Shown here: positions 58,001-64,000 of the stretch, piece after piece | How positions within the stretch are numbered: position 1 is the first letter of the stretch | Layout: every line of letters starts with the position of its first letter | Assembly: GCA_000934665.2 (NCBI GenBank) | Contig: KZ538502.1 | Span: forward strand, 1-64,000 | Direction of reading: 5' to 3' | DNA: 64,000 nucleotides | Source: Catajapyx aquilonaris | Lineage: Eukaryota | Program-made: the position numbers and the translations under genes | Notes under the pieces: model-generated | The model's input: only the letters and a program-made list of their open reading frames with translations | Told to the model about the DNA's origin: nothing | The model's database searches: none

Positions 58001-61000
58001 CAATACTGACACTTCATCTATGGTAACATGAATTATGCCTTGAAAGTCAAAGTAATTACAAAAAAACAGCAATAAAGGGATAAAGAAGTGAAAAGCCAAA
58101 GCTGCATGCAAGCAGGAAAATAAAATTGCAACACACGCCCACGAAACAAGTTCAACATCTCATTCAAATTCCACAATTGCATGTTAAAGAAGATGGGTAG
58201 GTTATTAACAATCTTCTGTACAGAGATTTCAAATCAGGATGGAAAGTTGTGTTGCCATTTTACCCTCAGATACGCTAACTACAATACCATAAGTATAACC
58301 TTTAAACAAAACTTACATCTATCATTAGGGATAAGCAAAATAAAAATGTGAATTGATAAAACAGGTAATTTACTGCATGATAAACTGAGGGAGACGATTT
58401 CCAGTCAACTCCAGTGGATGCATTCGTCTTCCAGATCTCAACTCCCAACGCATGTCCTCCTTTCTCTCACTCCCTCTCTTTCTCTCCCTCTCGCCCTGCC
58501 TTTTGACTTTGCTTTTGTTTACAAGTGAGGGTGACCGTGTCTCACTGGAACCCCGGAACTGTAAACACAGGCATGTTGTTGGGTTATTAAAGGGGGGGAA
58601 GGTGAGGTGCCAAAAGGTGCAAATAGAAACAACAATAATTTTGAGTCAAGGAAATACTGGTCATTCTAGTTAACGTCACACTAAATACCTCCAATGTACT
58701 CTCAATTTATCTCTCATTACTCCTAATAATCCAATCATTAAATTAGTTCAACGCAAGAAATGACTAATGCAACACATACTTTCATCCTACACTAAAGAAG
58801 ACATGCTCATCAAGAGCAATATTTTATTTTGGTGCATCAGACTTCCAATGCGACAAACTTGTGCATTTCCCATGCCCCCATTTATAGAAGAACGTGCAGA
58901 ATAAGGAAACAACACACCAAGGTATATTAAATTAAAGCTTCCAGCTAAATTAAAACAACAAAGCCACAAAACTCTTCTCCTGATTCATCCTATCAGGCTA
59001 CCTTCGAAACAAAACTCACCTGGAAATGGATCCTTTGAACACTTGCAGCCCCACATCCTTTCCATTCCCTTCCTTAATGAGACGATCCAGCTCCTCGTAG
59101 TTTCTTTCGTCACTCACAAAGCGAAGGTGTAGCTCACACTTGAGATGCTCTGCAAGGCTACGGTAAGTCACTCCACAAATTTCGCAATAGCTCCGCTTTG
59201 CTGCCTGCACGTTGGCCACCGACACCTGCCGTTGCTGCCGTTGCAGTTGCTCCTGGTGTTGGTGGCGTCCTTGCTGCCTTGGCGACTTTTTGATGTTGGT
59301 AATTCTCTTCTTCCGCTCGGTTACTTGGTTGGCGTCCTCAAACGGTGAGCTAAGTGACCCAGTCCTCACACGCAGGACAGGCCAACGAACAAGCTCTCTG
59401 TAAATTGGTATCTCCTCACAGTCCTCAACCTGTACAAAAAAATATTAACTTAATGATTATTGTGAATGAGACTAATGAAACCAGATATAATTATCCAAGG
59501 AAATGTGTCTTGGCCCTCCGTACCAACATCAGCAAAACGTATGCACCTTGTAATCAATATTGCCCTTGTGGTGCACATCATATACTTGCACATCATATAC
59601 TTGGCTGAACACATCTCATGTTAGATACCCTAGCTATTAAAGACTATCATTATTATTGCTAACTCAGCTGCTAATGAGCTTTTCCTCAGTAGGCATCTAC
59701 TTTTTCTCCCAGGTAGGCACAGCATTTCCCCCCAATAAACACTACACCCTTCCTTGGCATGAAATTTACTGAGGGTGTTTCACCAACTCACCAAATTCGA
59801 TTTAAATTTTCTTCCTCCCTATGGAACATTACACTCACCTTAATGTATGGCACGCTCAGACGTCGGACACTCACAACAGGCAAACGGCGGTTGGCGACAG
59901 TATCTGATTTTTGTGGTGATGGCAGTGCCGCCTTCTTCAACCCCGCAATGTACTCAACAGCCTTTTTAACAGACCATATCTCGGTGCCCCAGCGCTGGGC
60001 ATTGGCTAGGACATCAGAGGTTCCACGCCTCTTGCTCCGTGCCTGGTCTAGCATAGCATCCACCCGGCTCCTCAGCTGGCGGACCCCTGCCCCACCATTG
60101 GCTCCTGACAAGATCCCTCTGGTTGCTGGGCGGGTAGGTGTAGCAGGAGAGGCATTGCCTCTCCCAACTGAAGTGCCGCTAAGGCGGCGCTGGTCAGTCA
60201 CAATGATGTCTATGTCCTTGCTCAGAAATGCTTCAATCACCTGCAATCATGACAACTAGCTCAGTCAAACTATAACACTGGTTATTAAGACCTACAGGCT
60301 GCAAATATTCCATTTCAATGAAGAAACCCAACTTAAATTCCCACCATTTTTAAACATAAAAATACCTTATCATCAGTATTAATATAAAGCACAGGTTGTT
60401 GGTATGTCTGTCACGTCACACCTATTTAACCCACTTCCCGAGTCCCGAGAGCGCTGAAACTTGGCACGCCCATGTCTTACGTTTCGCTGATACCAGGAAA
60501 ATTTGGCAACAAAGCGCTTTTATATTTTTAAAAAGGCGTGGGGGGCAATAATTGTCATTTTTGAGGGGAGTTATTTTTTAAAGTTATGAACAAATTTCCG
60601 TACTTTCGCGCACGTTCGTCGCCATACTGCATTGCTGCCCTGCTGTGTACACTGGTAGAGGAAGTTTCTATGTGGAACTCCACAAATCAATATCCTCTCA
60701 ACAATATCTCAGGTTTCAAGATCCCATGGAGATGACACCATTCATATAGGCGGCCTGCCCTGACTTTGACCTTACGTCATCATTTTGTGTACCAACTCCT
60801 AGTCAAAGGAAATCTGCCAGAACGCACCCCTGGAACCTCACACTGTTCAAGTTTCCATGGAGATTCCCTCTTGCAACAATGGGAGTAAATTGAGTAAACA
60901 CTGACAACAACAGAACCACGAATACCATTGAAAACCGCTGTTTACGTCCGCATTTACTCCCATTGTTGCAAGAGGGAATCTCCATGGAAACTTGAACAGT

Positions 61001-62851
61001 GTGAGGTTCCAGGGGTGCGTTCTGGCAGATTTCCTTTGACTAGGAGTTGGTACACAAAATGATGACGTAGGGTCAAAGTCAGGGCAGGACGCCTATATCA
61101 CGATTTCATGTCGATGTCTCGCGCCTCTCTCTTTTACACTTCGTATCACCGTAAATTCAATGCATCAATAATATATAAAGCCCCTCTCCGTGGATATAGG
61201 GGGCTATAGGAGGATAGAAAAGATCTTGCACTTCCCAACGTCGTACAGTGCTGGGCATATTAGCCGTCGCTGAATTTTTTTTTTTCGGCGGCGGCGGCGC
61301 TGCCGTTACCTGGCAACCCTGTCCAGAGGGCCAATTCAAACATCAGCCCATGGAGAGCGCTTCCATTGTTGCCACTGTTTACAAATCGAGTGAGTGACCC
61401 CAAAATGACTTATTGCTTCTAACATCATTATTTTCCCTGTTTTCTCCTGCATATCCCTGCAGATACTGTGTAAGCAGGCAGAAGAGACCCGTCGCTGGGT
61501 TGTCCGCGTCACTCACTCGATTTGTAAACAGTGGCAACAATGGAAGCGCTCTCCATGGGCTGATGTTTGAATTGGCCCGCTGGACAGGGTTGCCAGGTAA
61601 CGCCGCCGCCGAAAAAAAACATTCAGCGACGGCTAATATGTCCAGCACTGTACAGGGCTGGGAGTTGGCTCGTTTAAATATAAGAGCTGAACTCACATTA
61701 GAAACTCAAAAAGTTGTACTTACAGCCCCAAGTGACTCCAAATCTCTCGTCAGTGACCTGACATCAGCCTGGCCCTTCACGTCAAGGTAGTAATGCTTTC
61801 CTTTCAAAGGCTTCTTCTCAGGAGACTTTTTCACTGCAATGTTAACAAGAACATTTTATTAATCAATTGTTTTCTTCATGTTTTCAGTTACAATGTCATG
61901 ACAACAACATATTTCATTCAAACAAGGATGGGTCATAAGGGTCTTAATTACTTGTAAAGTGGGCAACACTGGAAAGAGAACTTCTATCCTAATGCCAATG
62001 GGCAGACATTGCAGCTCAATCCTTCATGCACATTGACATTTGCTACCAATGTCATCTAAATCCTTGTTACAACACCCCTTGCTATCTCTGGCTTTCACCT
62101 CTCAGGCTGAGCTGCAGTAATTATAAATACATTTTACGTTTCATATAGGTTCCACACTACAAGGTCTTACGTGGGTGTACTTCCATGAATTAAGAACATG
62201 TTGTAGAATTATTCAAGGTGAGTTGTGCCTAACAGTCAATAAAATTGGTATACAAGATTTTAGAACTGCTTTCCAACCCATATGCATCTATGCCTGACTA
62301 GGTAGCTTGTCAACTACAGCCTTTTACCTACCAACCGGCGAGGCCTCTACTCTTTTTCACACAAGTAATAGTACCTTAAAATATCAAGCAGCTTTGTATG
62401 GTAATCACCAGATTACTTCAAGGTCAACTTTTGCAATAAGTCAAAATGAACAGTGCCAGAAAACTGTCACCCAATTCCATTATGTGGTAAATTGTTGAAA
62501 CCCAACCCAACACCCTTATAATAAGCCTACAAAAACTGCTAAGGGCAAGGCTGTTTCACGAATTCTATGGCAAGTGGGACAGGATATGCATGTTATGAAA
62601 TTCACAAGTTGCGCAGTGATTGAGTGCCAGTTAAACGCTGAACCTGATGGATTTATCGCAGATGGTAAGCAGGCGGCAATGGGGTTGCTATAGGCCTGCA
62701 ATTCCACCTGCTCATCTCCCACTTCGCTCACCGAACATGTGAAGCAGCCTCCGTCCGCAAGCGTACTCCGACAATGAACCTCACCTCTATCTCCTTCCTT
62801 GAGTCGTACCCACTTCCCATTCACCTTCTGCTTCTTGGAGGGCGAAACCAT
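55023..62851 (-). CDS. chif: Chiffon / DBF4 (Cdc7 activator) fused to a long C-terminal extension
   Basis: Exons 62851-62785, 61833-61724, 60240-59839, 59429-59020 and 56883-55023 give a 949-aa ORF. Motif N is KPLKGKHYYLD..LGAVIEAFLSKDI, motif M is PYIKVED..PIY, and the motif C zinc finger is YCEICG..Y..LAEHL...LH. The C-terminal blocks are FSFESVP..EPWF.TYQRQD, RKSPRCHASTLA and KRNMTGWP. Confidence 0.88.
57107..57123. other. Assembly gap (17 N)
   Basis: A run of n followed by a poly-C tract. Confidence 1.
58374..58786 (-). CDS. chif: Candidate chiffon cassette: 7-nt micro-exon (58786-58780) plus 185-nt exon (58558-58374)
   Basis: Splice contexts are tctttagtgtag|GATGAAA|gtatgt and gtgtttacag|TTCCGG...ATGCA|gtaaat. 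The sum 7+185=192 nt keeps the frame between the phase-2 flanking exons with no stop. Confidence 0.5.
60372..60720 (+). mobile_element. Possible non-autonomous Helitron-like remnant
   Basis: The start atcagtattaatataaagc..gtatgtctgtc and internal ctgaaacttggcac resemble arthropod Helitron 5' regions. No clear 3' hairpin or CTRR end was found. Confidence 0.25.
60744..61098. mobile_element. Near-perfect palindromic MITE (147-bp arms) in chiffon intron
   Basis: Arms 60744-60890 and 60952-61098 are reverse complements with about 2 mismatches by eye. Termini are tata|GGCG ... CGCC|tata. Confidence 0.85.
61246..61650. mobile_element. Tc1-like palindromic MITE (~150-bp arms) in chiffon intron
   Basis: ta|CAGTGCTGG ... 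CCAGCACTG|ta termini. Arms 61246-~61397 and ~61508-61650 are nearly identical reverse complements. Confidence 0.85.
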
Positions 62852-63244
62852 CCTGGCCGCGGAGGAGCCGCTGCTGCAAATTCAACCAGGCACATTTGCA
62901 CCAGCGACACCCTCAACAACGCCCCTGCTCAACAACAGTCCAGCCTCCAATCTGCACAACCACCTTCAACACCCTGTAACAACAACAACAACAAAATATG
63001 ATGCTGCACTCAGTCTAGCCAACCCAACCCTTAAAAAGTTGGCTCCCTCAGTAATGCCAACACTAGTTTGCACAACCCACATAAGACTGTTGCTGGGCTC
63101 GGCTGGCAACAACAAAGGAGCAGTCTCTGGATTCACACACACAGTCCCCCCCCTTCCAAGGCTTGTTGTTTACCCCACCGGAAAAACTCCCCAAAACCGC
63201 CCACCAGCCGAGGGGGAAGTTGCGAGAAAAACGGTCACAACCCT

Positions 63245-63265
63245 GTGTGTGTGTGTGTGTGTGTG
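63245..63265. repeat. (GT)n microsatellite in chiffon 5' region
   Basis: Read directly from the sequence. Confidence 0.9.
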
Positions 63266-63889
63266 ACTAGTTGGGAGGTGGAAGGGTGGGAAAAGAGGCG
63301 GCGTTGCCACATCGACCCCAACTCCCAACCGGGGCCATGCGACGTTGCCCAATCTACACGCTCGATTTAACATGTTGGGACAGGTTATTGCGCCTCCTCT
63401 TTTTTTAATAAATATTCAAACGTAATGCACGCGATCGGATAATCCCAATTCGAACGTGACGTCACCGTATTCTTGCACATGCCAGAATATTATTGCGGTT
63501 ACTAATACTTGACGTCACAATGCCCGTTCCAAAACAGCAAGTGGGTCATTAACATTCTGTCTTTTTAAACCAGCAACAACGTCCGTTAGCAGCCCAGCAA
63601 GGAGATCAAAGGTCGCAGCCCCTCCCCAGTCTCTGCGCTGGCCCCCGCCCTGTGAGAAGGCTATTTTGAAATTCCTTGATAGTGGACAGAGCATGGAACG
63701 TGGCAACAATGCGTTTCGTCGAACTTGCCCTTTTTTTCTCTCTCTCTCTCTCCCTCGTCCCTCCCCACTCCGGACCGCCTCCCACTAAAACCAGCCACGG
63801 TGGATATGGGGAAAAATGGCAGGCTCGCAACTTCCCGCATCATCGGGGCTTGGCTCGGCAGCCATTTTCGAACACCACACCACACTCAC

Positions 63890-63920
63890 ACTTGATCCCC
63901 TGGGGCAGTCCGCCGCCCAT
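63890..63920 (-). CDS. chif: Candidate alternative first coding exon of chiffon (MGGGLPQGIK)
   Basis: Kozak ACCATGG at 63920 and donor T|GTGAGT at 63889. It is phase 1, matching the exon that starts at 61833. The frame stays open to the window end, so it may extend upstream. Confidence 0.5.
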
Positions 63921-64000
63921 GGTCCTCCTGTGGAACAACACACGACGGACGCTGCCAACAGCACGCAACAGCAAGCAGTGCGACCAACTCCCTCCCGCTT

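Overview
Gene-dense eukaryotic window with short introns, most likely from an insect or close hexapod relative. That placement is inferred from the white/scarlet pair and a Chiffon-type Dbf4 fusion. By manually joining exons at splice sites I reconstruct 11 protein-coding genes, in order: XXYLT1 (-), Sas10/UTP3 (+), TPI (-), a 5-exon orphan gene (+), cation-dependent mannose-6-phosphate receptor (+), white (+), scarlet-like (+), class I PI3K p110 (-), MFSD8-like transporter (-), DLEC1/CFAP81-like (-) and chiffon/DBF4 (-). Introns and intergenic DNA hold tRNA-derived SINEs, Tc1/mariner-type and Sola-type MITEs, long near-perfect palindromes, a decayed LINE and microsatellites. The most interesting candidate lies between the Dbf4 zinc finger and the long C-terminal Chiffon exon: a 7-nt micro-exon plus a 185-nt exon that keep frame only when used together. 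This could be a splice switch between a Dbf4-only protein and the Dbf4-plus-C-terminal fusion. Other leads are two alternative chiffon first exons, a G:U-biased pre-miRNA-like hairpin, the orphan gene, two GC-AG introns and a mariner relic in the probable MFSD8 promoter. All gene names come from recognising motifs by eye; no database search was run.
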